IMG/VR virus record: IMGVR_UViG_3300010352_000625
Location: 64,001-128,000 of that record
Direction: 5' to 3' (one strand)
From: a virus
Lineage: Duplodnaviria > Caudoviricetes
Length of the DNA: 64,000 bases
Within the stretch, counting starts at the first letter, position 1. Each line of letters begins with the position of its first letter. Under the pieces are notes generated by a model. It was not told where the DNA came from. It saw only the letters and a program-made list of their open reading frames with translations, and did not search any database. Both the position numbers and the translations under genes were made by a program. Shown here one piece after another: positions 11,130 to 20,230 of this stretch.

Positions 11130-11159
11130 AAAAAAAAAGAGGACCTAACTAGTCCTCTT
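11130..11159 (-). terminator. Rho-independent terminator
   Basis: AAGAGGAC/GTCCTCTT stem followed by a long T-run on the minus strand. Confidence 0.85.
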
Positions 11160-11434
11160 AGCATGATGATTATATTTAAATATATTTAACATCGAGTGAA
11201 ACGAAGATGCATGATGCGAAGCATCATCTTAGCTAATCGGAATGTATTGACCCACTCTCTTAAACTCAACTTTTTTTATCTTATTTCTATAACAATCATA
11301 TTATAGAATCTTTATTTTCAAATCTTTTAATTATATCTAAAAGATCTAACTGATCTTTAATTTACCTTTTTTTATAAATTTCGGTGAACAATCTATGAAC
11401 AAAAGTAATCAAAATTGGGTCCCTAGACTCATTT

Positions 11435-12346
11435 TTATTTAAATAATTCACTGAATAATCTTGAATTCTTATTATCCCAGAGATAGTCTAATCTTATAAA
11501 TATAGCCTCATTACTAAACCATAATTCTCTTTGTTTGTTTATTGGTATACTGTAACTTTCTATAAATTCTATTCTAAACTCATTTTTTTCAGGGTTGAGA
11601 ATATCATCTAAACATGATATAATAGTTTCAGTATCATTATATACACTTCTGATTATATATTCAAATATATTAGCATTATACATATCAGCGTGAAAATACT
11701 CTATTAAATCATTTACTTTGTTTTCAGTAAGTTTTTTAATATTAGATTCAGTTTTAACTATATATCGATAAACTTCTTTGTTATCTTCATATTTAAATAT
11801 ATAGTCATGAACATCAGCTAGAGTATCATTGATAATAGAAAAGAATTTAGATATATCAATATTAAAATATAACATTCTTTCTATATCGGAATGTTCTGTA
11901 AAGGATCTCCACATATCCCATCTAGGGCATATACCTAATTTAGTCCCATTAATTGGTAATACTAGATTTACAACATCACTCCAGTGTGATGCATATTCAT
12001 AAGAACTTGTACAGATAAAACTTTGATTTCTTTTGGGATAGTGTTTCCAACTGTTTAAAATATTAGATAATAAACGATTATAGTAATTATACGAATTATT
12101 CAGCGATATTCTAATTCCAGGTTTTCTATTGACAATATTATCATCAATAATATCACCTCTAAAAATAAAATAACCTTTCTTAGCTCTATCAAAGGCTTCT
12201 GAATAGTCTGTATTTAAAAAATTTATTAATTCAATATCATCTAAAGATATATCAACAATATTGTAATCTTTTAACGTATCACTTATTAAAGCTTCATTAT
12301 CTATAATAGAATTGTATTGAACATCAAGTTCATCATAGTTTAACAT
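11435..12346 (-). CDS. Hypothetical protein, possible ADP-ribosyltransferase-like fold
   Basis: FIFRG...NYYN...W.HYPKR.QSFICTSS...A...LGICP..DMW pattern. The R-G and S-x-(C)TS motifs recall R-S-E ARTs. Confidence 0.45.
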   Translation of the reverse strand: MLNYDELDVQYNSIIDNEALISDTLKDYNIVDISLDDIELINFLNTDYSEAFDRAKKGYFIFRGDIIDDNIVNRKPGIRISLNNSYNYYNRLLSNILNSWKHYPKRNQSFICTSSYEYASHWSDVVNLVLPINGTKLGICPRWDMWRSFTEHSDIERMLYFNIDISKFFSIINDTLADVHDYIFKYEDNKEVYRYIVKTESNIKKLTENKVNDLIEYFHADMYNANIFEYIIRSVYNDTETIISCLDDILNPEKNEFRIEFIESYSIPINKQRELWFSNEAIFIRLDYLWDNKNSRLFSELFK

Positions 12347-12430
12347 AATTTTATTAATACCACCTAAAAAAATAATTATATTTATTACTACTATTAAATT
12401 TAACTTTTAAGAGAACAAAAAATATGAGTG

Positions 12431-12459
12431 TTGACAAATAGTATTATATATGTTATAAT
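12431..12459 (+). promoter_or_regulatory. Consensus SigA promoter for the sigma/helicase operon
   Basis: TTGACA-aatagtattatatatgt(17)-TATAAT; 27/29 identical to the promoter at 11096-11124. Confidence 0.9.
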
Positions 12460-12495
12460 ATAGCAGAACTAATAAAAGAAGATATATAAATTCAA

Positions 12496-13449
12496 ATGGA
12501 GGTTATTTTATTGCCCAGAAAAAAAGACCCTAATAAAAAAAGTCAATATTTTATAGAAAAAGAAATGAATGAATTAATAAAGCAATATAAAAAAGATAGA
12601 AGTAATGAGCAATTGTTTAAACAGATAGAACCTAGTTTTATTAGTATAATCAATGGTATGATTAATAAACAGTTCTATGGTAATTATCATGTTAAAAACA
12701 ATAGAACCGATGCAACTTCTGATTGTATGATGGCAATATTATCTTCTTTAGATAGATATAATCCAGATAAGGGTAGATTATTTGCATACACTAATCGAAT
12801 TGTTAAAAATACTTTAATGAGTTTCTATAGAAAAAGTAGAAAAGTTAGAGATAACGAAATGAATAATAATGAGATGATGAGAAATCTAGATGAAAATGAA
12901 ATAGATGAAGACATGTCTCTAAAGATGAGTATGATAAACAAAACTAATGATGATTTATCGGTTGAAAATACATTATTAAATAGTTGCACATGTAAAAATA
13001 TAGTACTAGATATTGATACCAGTGTTTTTATAATATATAAATATGTTAAATATCTACAGACAGCTACACAATTTTATGTAGATAATTCTGATATATATAA
13101 ACAATTAATAGATGATTTAACTTATGATACTACTGTTAATTTTGAATTTGAGAATTATATTGATTCAATAATTATGAGTAAATATAATGTATATAAAATT
13201 ATACTCGATAATTTAAACGATTCATTATATAATATTATAAAATGGTTACAAGAAAATTATTCTGATTCTATTAATACAGAGCCAGAATCTTATGATGGTG
13301 CAATTTCTAATAGAGCTTTAGGTTATATTAGAAATTTTGTAAAGAAACAATTAAAAAATGACATAACTAAAAAATATGATGTTCATGAATTAATTCAATT
13401 TCTACAATATATAGTGTACAAAAGGTATGCTGAACATGGCGAAGATTAA
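12496..13449 (+). CDS. Phage sigma factor (gp55-like late sigma); likely start TTG at 12511
   Basis: Sigma region 2 motif LDRYNPDKGRLFAYTNRIVKN. GGAGG SD precedes TTG CCC AGA. Confidence 0.8.
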   Translation: MEVILLPRKKDPNKKSQYFIEKEMNELIKQYKKDRSNEQLFKQIEPSFISIINGMINKQFYGNYHVKNNRTDATSDCMMAILSSLDRYNPDKGRLFAYTNRIVKNTLMSFYRKSRKVRDNEMNNNEMMRNLDENEIDEDMSLKMSMINKTNDDLSVENTLLNSCTCKNIVLDIDTSVFIIYKYVKYLQTATQFYVDNSDIYKQLIDDLTYDTTVNFEFENYIDSIIMSKYNVYKIILDNLNDSLYNIIKWLQENYSDSINTEPESYDGAISNRALGYIRNFVKKQLKNDITKKYDVHELIQFLQYIVYKRYAEHGED

Positions 13450-14065
13450 TTTACCTAATTCAAATAAAAACACATGTACTAAATTAGATTTAATTAGTAA
13501 TGTAATAGAACAGTATAATAAAATTTTATATCGTTATACTGGAGATTTTAGAGGTAGAATAGCAATCCCTAAATTAGATAAAATACCAAAAAAATACTTA
13601 TCTATTCATGAATATATCAATAGTAAATCAGAATGGAAAAATATAATGAAATTTTTATCTGAATCTGGTATAGATAATGTCTATGATTATATTGATATAA
13701 TGATTAGAAATTGGAACATAACTAAAGCTAATATGAATCTTAAAATGAATAAACCAACAGCTAATATTATATTTTCTTTGAAGATGACATATTTATATGA
13801 AAAATATTTAAAAATGGAAGCTAATAAAGAAGATATGACTAAACATTTAGCTATTAAAAATAACGATGGCTTCTATAGATTAACTCCAAATAAACAAAGT
13901 AATATTAATAGTTTAATTAGACTTAAAAAAATAAATTCTGAATTAAGTTATCATGATATTGTTGATATATTTAAAGCTGAATTTGAGATTGATTTTATTA
14001 ATAAGATTAAATCAACTCCTTTAAATGAAATAACAGAAGAAACATTAGTTAAAATGTTTATATAA
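13427..14065 (+). CDS. Hypothetical protein (possible helicase loader)
   Basis: 212-aa ORF between the sigma and helicase genes; function suggested by position only. Confidence 0.6.
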   Translation: MLNMAKINLPNSNKNTCTKLDLISNVIEQYNKILYRYTGDFRGRIAIPKLDKIPKKYLSIHEYINSKSEWKNIMKFLSESGIDNVYDYIDIMIRNWNITKANMNLKMNKPTANIIFSLKMTYLYEKYLKMEANKEDMTKHLAIKNNDGFYRLTPNKQSNINSLIRLKKINSELSYHDIVDIFKAEFEIDFINKIKSTPLNEITEETLVKMFI

Positions 14066-14084
14066 ATAGAGGTGTAATTTTATA

Positions 14085-15443
14085 ATGCCAGAAGTTGCAG
14101 GATGGAATTCCGATACATTTTCATTTGATATTGAATTTCAAAAACAGATAATTATAACAATGATACAAGAACCAAAAGTATTTGAAAGAATAGGATTGAA
14201 TGTTAATCCTAATTTTTTTGAATTAAGAGAGTATAATGTAATATATAAAAATTTAATCAACTTTTATAATGAATATAAAGGTACTCCAACAAAAGAAGTG
14301 TTGTATGATTTAATCAGTTCTAGCAGTTATAAATCAGATACTCTCAGAGAAACTTTAGATGAAATATATACAGAAAAAAGATTGCTCACCTCTACTGTTA
14401 AATATATAGAAGAAAATGTAAAGAATTTTGTTTCTTGTCAAGCACTAAAAGAGGCTATATCTGAATCTATAGATGATTTAGGTGATATAAATAAACACTC
14501 AAATGTTAAAGCAAGAGTAGAAAAAGCATTACTCGTTGGTGCATCATTAGAAGATTATGGTACCGATGTATACGATTTTGATGAGGTTGATAGTAGATGG
14601 ACTCGTAGAGCAGAAAATAATGAAATAAAAAGATTACCGTCAGGATGGGCTGAATTTGATAAAATATTTGGTGGTTTTGGTAATGGAGAATTATTTACAT
14701 TTATGGGCCCAGCTCATTCTGGTAAATCGATGTATCTTGTAAATGTCGGAGCCAACTTAATATTACAAAAGTATAATGTAGTTCATATATCACTTGAAAT
14801 GTCAGAAGAAATTACATCACAAAGATATGATATGAGATTACTCGGTTGCACTAAAGATGAATTCAAAACAGACCAGACAATAGAAAATCTCAAAAATTTA
14901 TTAGATAAGCATATTGGTAGAGTAGTAGTCAAACGATACCCTTCAAGTTCTTGTACTGCAACAGATATAGGAACATATCTAAAAAGAGTTGAAAATGCTA
15001 AAGGATTCAAAGCTGATGCTCTAATTGTAGACTATGCTGATATTATGAGGTCTAGTGCTAGATATAATGATAGAAGGTTTGAACTTGATACTATTTATCA
15101 GGAATTAAGAAACGTTGGTATAGAGTTTGGAATACCAGTAATTACAGCAACTCAGCTTAACAGAGAGGGTTTAAAAGAATTGTCTAATGGTGGTATACTA
15201 ACAGAAGAATATATAGCTGAATCATATGGTATTGCTAGACATGTTGATTGTGCTGTTACTATTAACGCAACACCACAGGATAATGCTAATAATCAATCAG
15301 TAATCTATGTTTGTAAGAATCGTGATGGAGAAGCTGGTGGTAGCTTTAGAATGTTTGTAGATTTTAGAAAAGCTTTAATATCTGAATGGTCTGCACCTTC
15401 TATAGCAGATATATCTAATAAAACAAAGAAAAAACGAAAATAA
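14085..15443 (+). CDS. Replicative DnaB-like helicase (gp41-like)
   Basis: GPAHSGKS, ISLEM, IVDYAD, TATQLNR and KNRDG motifs. Confidence 0.96.
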   Translation: MPEVAGWNSDTFSFDIEFQKQIIITMIQEPKVFERIGLNVNPNFFELREYNVIYKNLINFYNEYKGTPTKEVLYDLISSSSYKSDTLRETLDEIYTEKRLLTSTVKYIEENVKNFVSCQALKEAISESIDDLGDINKHSNVKARVEKALLVGASLEDYGTDVYDFDEVDSRWTRRAENNEIKRLPSGWAEFDKIFGGFGNGELFTFMGPAHSGKSMYLVNVGANLILQKYNVVHISLEMSEEITSQRYDMRLLGCTKDEFKTDQTIENLKNLLDKHIGRVVVKRYPSSSCTATDIGTYLKRVENAKGFKADALIVDYADIMRSSARYNDRRFELDTIYQELRNVGIEFGIPVITATQLNREGLKELSNGGILTEEYIAESYGIARHVDCAVTINATPQDNANNQSVIYVCKNRDGEAGGSFRMFVDFRKALISEWSAPSIADISNKTKKKRK

Positions 15444-15468
15444 CTTTAAATAAAATTATAATTAGTAC

Positions 15469-15497
15469 TTGACAGATATGTTTATATGTGATATAAT
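15469..15497 (+). promoter_or_regulatory. Consensus SigA promoter
   Basis: TTGACA-17 nt-TATAAT with TG extension. Confidence 0.85.
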
Positions 15498-15531
15498 ATA
15501 TGTATCATGAGAATTATGGAGGGTATTACTG

Positions 15532-15897
15532 ATGCCTAGAGTTAAATCAGCGAAGAATACTTCAGTTAAGGATACTAAGATTAAAAAAACAAAAACAACT
15601 AAAATAGATAAGAAATCAACAAAAGTTGAAAAACCTAAGTTGAAAAAGAAGATTATTAAATCATATAAAGATGAAGGTATATATTGGGAAACTGATAAAT
15701 TAATATTAAGAATTTTAAATGCTGATGATACACATAAAGATTATATACGAACTTTTATGTCTGATTCTGTTATATGTATCAATAAAGATAAACTTGGTAA
15801 GAAAACTAAATATGCAGAAAATAAATGGGGTAAAATAACTGATATCAAGGAGGATGAAAAAGATTTAATATTTATTCTGGAACCAATACTGGACTAG
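15532..15897 (+). CDS. Hypothetical protein with Lys-rich N-terminus
   Basis: SD GGAGG; very basic first 45 aa. Confidence 0.75.
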   Translation: MPRVKSAKNTSVKDTKIKKTKTTKIDKKSTKVEKPKLKKKIIKSYKDEGIYWETDKLILRILNADDTHKDYIRTFMSDSVICINKDKLGKKTKYAENKWGKITDIKEDEKDLIFILEPILD

Positions 15898-15935
15898 TTT
15901 TTGAACTAACAAGTATTACTCACAAGTTGAATTAT

Positions 15936-15968
15936 AGCTAATACCACAGATGTGTTGTGGTATTAGTT
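15936..15968 (+). terminator. Stem-loop, terminator-like
   Basis: CTAATACCACA/TGTGGTATTAG inverted repeat; weak U-tail. Confidence 0.5.
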
Positions 15969-16107
15969 GTATATGTTTAAATAGTAGATTGATTATTTGA
16001 ATAAATTAATTTATACTGAAATAGAAAGTAGAAATGTCTCTAAAGATGTACTTGAAATTTATATTCAGATAAGTTAAATATAACAGATATATTAAATAAA
16101 ATAACAA

Positions 16108-16482
16108 TTGAGAGGGTTAAGAATGTTTAAAAAAGATGATATAATTTTCCTAGCTAGTGGAGAAACAGCCGCATCAATCGAACATGTGGTATTAGTAAAA
16201 GAATTTGATGAGCAGAGAAATATAGTTAAATCTAATAAGTGTGTTTCGTTTATTAAGGATTTAAGAACAGGTGCTGTTCAATCTTTTACTAATTTTGGCA
16301 TATATAGTTCAATGCCTGCTATTGAGAATGGTAATTACGGAGATACTATAATTAATCTAAATAAATTTGATTTTTATGGGTTAGTTACAGAGAAATCAAT
16401 GTTAGATAATTTTAATTCCGCCTGTAGTAAATTAATAGTAGCAGGTGCACCAGAAGCAAAAAATAAAAGTATAATACTATAA
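16108..16482 (+). CDS. Hypothetical protein (likely start ATG 16123)
   Basis: ORF track; SD GAGGG. Confidence 0.7.
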   Translation: MRGLRMFKKDDIIFLASGETAASIEHVVLVKEFDEQRNIVKSNKCVSFIKDLRTGAVQSFTNFGIYSSMPAIENGNYGDTIINLNKFDFYGLVTEKSMLDNFNSACSKLIVAGAPEAKNKSIIL

Positions 16483-16503
16483 AGAAAGGTTGAAATAAAA
16501 CCT

Positions 16504-17301
16504 ATGGCAAAAAAAGAATTAGATTTGAGTTTTCTTAAACCCAACACAGAAGAATTTGAATTACCTTCAAGAGGTTTACCTTATAACGAGAAAAATCCTC
16601 TATCTAAAGGTAAAATACATATAAGACCTTGGATAACAAGTGAAGAAAAAATATTAGATAAGTTTGATAGAGGAAATTTTTTCAATGTTATTAAAAAATT
16701 AATACAAAATGCTGTTGTTGAAAAAATTGATATCGAGGAAATGACCGATGCTGATGTATTCTTTGTGTTGTATTGGCTTCGAGTTATAACATATGGACCA
16801 ACTTATAAGATAGATAGAGAATGTCCTGAATGTGGGTCAAAAATAAGTGTCACTGTTAATATACAAGATTATCCAATTAAATATTTAGAAGAATATAAAG
16901 ATGATTTTGAATTAGAATTACCAGTATCAAAAATTAAATTGAGAATGAAATTTCCTAAATTTGGTAGCTTAATTGAATCAACAGAATCAAAACATTCTGA
17001 TTTATATAAAATGGGGATTAAAATGAGCCCTGAAATATATAGATATGCTCTTTGTACAGAAGAAATGTCTTTGCCTACCGAAACTAAAGATATATTAACA
17101 AAAGCTGATGATTTTAATTTAATGCTCAATAAAATATGGCCCATGTTACCTGCTGGTGATTTAGTTGCAATTAAACAACATTTAGCTAATTTTGACCATG
17201 GCTATACAGAAAACGCAACATCACAATGTACAGAGTGTCAAAAATTCTTTAATCAAGCACCTATAATGACAGACGAATTTTTTCGTCCGAGCGGTAGATG
17301 A
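16504..17301 (+). CDS. Baseplate hub assembly / tail chaperone protein (gp26-like)
   Basis: ELPSRG, IRPWITSEEKIL, LRVITYG, CPEC...CTEC and C-terminal EFFRP. Confidence 0.85.
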   Translation: MAKKELDLSFLKPNTEEFELPSRGLPYNEKNPLSKGKIHIRPWITSEEKILDKFDRGNFFNVIKKLIQNAVVEKIDIEEMTDADVFFVLYWLRVITYGPTYKIDRECPECGSKISVTVNIQDYPIKYLEEYKDDFELELPVSKIKLRMKFPKFGSLIESTESKHSDLYKMGIKMSPEIYRYALCTEEMSLPTETKDILTKADDFNLMLNKIWPMLPAGDLVAIKQHLANFDHGYTENATSQCTECQKFFNQAPIMTDEFFRPSGR

Positions 17302-17518
17302 TCCGCAACTAATAGTAAATGCATTAAGTATTTATAATGATATAGAGAATGAGATTAATTCAGAATTAGTACAGTTAGTATATTTTGGAAAATTAAGTTA
17401 TGTCGATTTACAGTTTATGACTTACAGAGATAGATCTTTTTGGTTTAAAGAAATAGAAAAAATAATGAAAATGCAAAATAATGTAAATACTTCAGATGAG
17501 TTTAAGGGTTTTTCTTAA
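17279..17518 (+). CDS. Start-less +1 frame ORF, probable frameshift extension of the chaperone (gpGT / gp51-like)
   Basis: Frame is open from 17270 to TAA at 17516-17518: ...LVYFGKLSYVDLQFMTYRDRSFWFKEIEK. No ATG, GTG or TTG precedes this motif, and the frame overlaps TTT TTT CGT. Confidence 0.7.
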   Translation, partial: FFVRAVDDPQLIVNALSIYNDIENEINSELVQLVYFGKLSYVDLQFMTYRDRSFWFKEIEKIMKMQNNVNTSDEFKGFS

Positions 17519-17529
17519 ACTCATTTTTT
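17496..17529 (+). terminator. Rho-independent terminator
   Basis: ATGAGTTTAAG/CTTAAACTCAT followed by a T-run. Confidence 0.8.
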
Positions 17530-17583
17530 ATTAATAAAGAACAAATTAATATAAGTATATGTAAATATCAATAAAAATTTAAG

Positions 17584-20196
17584 GTGTTGATGTTTTTGGC
17601 TATTGAAGATAATTTCTTATTATATGTAAAAGATACCGCAGGTCAACTTCAAAATAAACCTGTTGATAATTATGATGATCAACAATTAGAAAAATTAGAA
17701 AAAATAAATAAAGTTTTAGAAGATATTAAAATTTTAACAGAACAAGTGAAAGATAAAGATATTAAGGTTGAAGTTAAATCAGAAAACAAAGAATCTGAAT
17801 TAGTTAGTTTTGGAAATTCTTTAATTGATTCACTAACTAAATTTAGAGAATCTTTAACTAATAAAAATATTAACAGTAATATTAGTATGTCTGGTGGCAT
17901 GGCTAATTCTAATTCAATGATTAAAACTATGCAAGATTCAGTAGTTAATAATAATAAAAATGTTAATGATTTAATTAAAACTAATCGATTAGCATATCAG
18001 ATGCAAACAAATTTTGGTAATAAAATGAAAGATATGGGTCATAAATTTATGGATGTAATTACTACACCTATAAAATTATACACAGATATTAAAGAGAATA
18101 TTTCTAGTGCTATGGACTTTTTAAAAAATCCATTAGAAGGAATGTCCGATTGGTTGGGATTGGGTAATAAAGAAAATAAAAAAGAATTAGAAGTAGCTGG
18201 TATGTCTAATTCGTTAGGATTAAATAATAAAGAAAATAAAAAAGAATTAGAAGTAGCAGGAATAGTTAAAACAACATTAGATATTAATAAAGTGAAAAAG
18301 AGTTCTGCTGTAGGTGTGGCTTTAGTTTGGTTTAATGAAGAAATTAAAAAGATGTTTGGAATAAAAAATGCTAAAGGTGGTTTGAAGGAGAAAGTTGCAC
18401 AAACAGCTGAAGATGATTTTAGTTTAAGTGATATTATGGAAGTAGGTTTTGGATCAACAATAGGTAGTTTTATGACAACTACATTAATGCCTTGGTTAAT
18501 AGCCGCTCTCCCATGGATCATGGGTGCTGTAGCTTCAGCGGGTTCGATGTACTGGTTACAAAAAAATATGGATAAAAGACCAGAAATGCAAGAAACACCA
18601 AATGAAAGACGAGGTTTTGGAGACAACAAATATGGACTCAGTAAAGAAATGGAAGAACTTAGAAATAGAAACTCATCAAATAAAAATGGTTTAGGACTAA
18701 ATGAAAAAGTTGTTTTGAATTCAAACGGAAAATTTACTGAAGAAAGTACATCAAATAAAGATTTACTAGCAATCACAAAGAATCTTATACAGAAAAATGA
18801 AGGTGAAAAAGGAGCGGCAACCGTTAATATCAATGAAGGTAAAGAAAATGTTGCATTAGGGTCTATGGGTTGGACCAAAGATAGAGGTTTAGATTATTTA
18901 ACAAAAATATACAACGCTGATAAAGAGAAGTTTACTAAAATCATGGGTCAAGATGTTGTAAACTCGTTAAGTGATACTAAAAAATGGTTTAATGGAAATA
19001 TGACATGGGATGAAAAAAAGAAAAAGAATTTTGAAACATTGATTGCCTCCGATAAAGAAAAATACACTAAAATAGATACTGACAAAGCTTTATCAGATTC
19101 CGCAGGTTATCTAGAAACGGCTAGAAAAATAGGAATAACTGATCCGAAAGCACAGGTTTTATACGCTGACGCCTTAAATTTAAGAGGCCCAAAAGGGTCC
19201 CGTGAAATTTTTGAAGGTAAAACTGATTTTGATTCAATGTATAAATTATATACAAAAAATATTGCAGGGCATAAAGAAAGACTTAAAAATTTAGAAGGTT
19301 TGAAAAATCTAAAAATTAATACAGATGGTATAACTACAGCAGTATATAATAATATCTCAGATGTTGCTACTGCTTCATTACAAGAATCTTTCGATAAAAC
19401 AGATTTTGTTAAATATAAGATGAGTGAAAAAGATTGGAAAAATGGTTTATTAGATTGTAGTGGTTTTGTTGGTGCCGTAAGTGTTGCGACAATGAAAGAT
19501 ATTAATACAGCTTTAAACAAAAAAGCTTTTACTGATGAAGTTATGAAAGGTATGGGAACTCATGCCGCAGGACAATTCCAAAATATAGTAAAACATGGTG
19601 GTGGAGAAGCTAGATATAAAAAAGGAAGTATACAAGCAGGTAATCTTAAAGAAGGAGATATAATAGGTATTGATTCAGGTTCTAAGAGTTGGGATACAGG
19701 TAGACAGCGTGGTATAGACCACATTGCTATGGTAGCAAAAAATAAAAAGGGACAATTAGTAGTAAGAGAATCTGTATCTGGCAAAGGAGTAACTGAAACA
19801 TCAGTTGCTAATTGGTCAAAAAATGCACAAAAATATAACGATGTATATGTAACTAGTATGTATAAAGTTGGTAAATTATATGAAGAAAATAAAGTTTTAT
19901 TAGCTAAACAAACAAAAACTAATAACGATTTAGCAAAGATAGAAGCTGAAAAAGCACAAGTAGAGTTAAAACAGCAACAAAATAAAGAATCTTATTTTGA
20001 AAAAACAATGTCTGATTTATTTGCTAAATTTCCAAATCTAGCAGAAAAAGACAAAGAAACTTCAAAATCAAATGAAATAAATAGTATAAATAATATGATT
20101 ACAAGTAGTAATGATAGTGTGCTTGGTATACCAAAAGCAATTATGCAATATCAGTTTGCAGTTAAAATAGGTGGGGATAATGATGTTTTTGCTTAA
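17584..20196 (+). CDS. Tape-measure-like tail protein with lysozyme-like and NlpC/P60 domains
   Basis: Helical N-terminal half, hydrophobic segment, NEG...VN.NEG...LGSMGW glycosidase-like motif, then DCSGFV...EGDII...DHIAMV. Follows the chaperone gene. Confidence 0.75.
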   Translation: MLMFLAIEDNFLLYVKDTAGQLQNKPVDNYDDQQLEKLEKINKVLEDIKILTEQVKDKDIKVEVKSENKESELVSFGNSLIDSLTKFRESLTNKNINSNISMSGGMANSNSMIKTMQDSVVNNNKNVNDLIKTNRLAYQMQTNFGNKMKDMGHKFMDVITTPIKLYTDIKENISSAMDFLKNPLEGMSDWLGLGNKENKKELEVAGMSNSLGLNNKENKKELEVAGIVKTTLDINKVKKSSAVGVALVWFNEEIKKMFGIKNAKGGLKEKVAQTAEDDFSLSDIMEVGFGSTIGSFMTTTLMPWLIAALPWIMGAVASAGSMYWLQKNMDKRPEMQETPNERRGFGDNKYGLSKEMEELRNRNSSNKNGLGLNEKVVLNSNGKFTEESTSNKDLLAITKNLIQKNEGEKGAATVNINEGKENVALGSMGWTKDRGLDYLTKIYNADKEKFTKIMGQDVVNSLSDTKKWFNGNMTWDEKKKKNFETLIASDKEKYTKIDTDKALSDSAGYLETARKIGITDPKAQVLYADALNLRGPKGSREIFEGKTDFDSMYKLYTKNIAGHKERLKNLEGLKNLKINTDGITTAVYNNISDVATASLQESFDKTDFVKYKMSEKDWKNGLLDCSGFVGAVSVATMKDINTALNKKAFTDEVMKGMGTHAAGQFQNIVKHGGGEARYKKGSIQAGNLKEGDIIGIDSGSKSWDTGRQRGIDHIAMVAKNKKGQLVVRESVSGKGVTETSVANWSKNAQKYNDVYVTSMYKVGKLYEENKVLLAKQTKTNNDLAKIEAEKAQVELKQQQNKESYFEKTMSDLFAKFPNLAEKDKETSKSNEINSINNMITSSNDSVLGIPKAIMQYQFAVKIGGDNDVFA
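18165..18257 (+). repeat. 33-nt perfect direct repeat with 60-nt period (NKENKKELEVAG twice)
   Basis: TAATAAAGAAAATAAAAAAGAATTAGAAGTAGC at 18165 and 18225. Confidence 0.9.
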
Positions 20197-20230
20197 TTTT
20201 TGGTATACTTTGATTGGAGATGTTGTATAA

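Noticed and set aside
11161-11230. Hammerhead ribozyme (ATGATGA...GAAAC)
   Set aside because: The core should be CUGAUGA, and the required stems could not be built.
15970-16107. Small ORF in the gap
   Set aside because: Only a short frame of about 26 codons without a convincing SD.
18039-19784. Antisense ORFs (279, 137, 74 aa) and similar shadow ORFs elsewhere (e.g. 36987-37562, 5664, 9917, 10820, 49727)
   Set aside because: They lie opposite well-supported genes, lack SD sites and motifs, and reflect codon bias.
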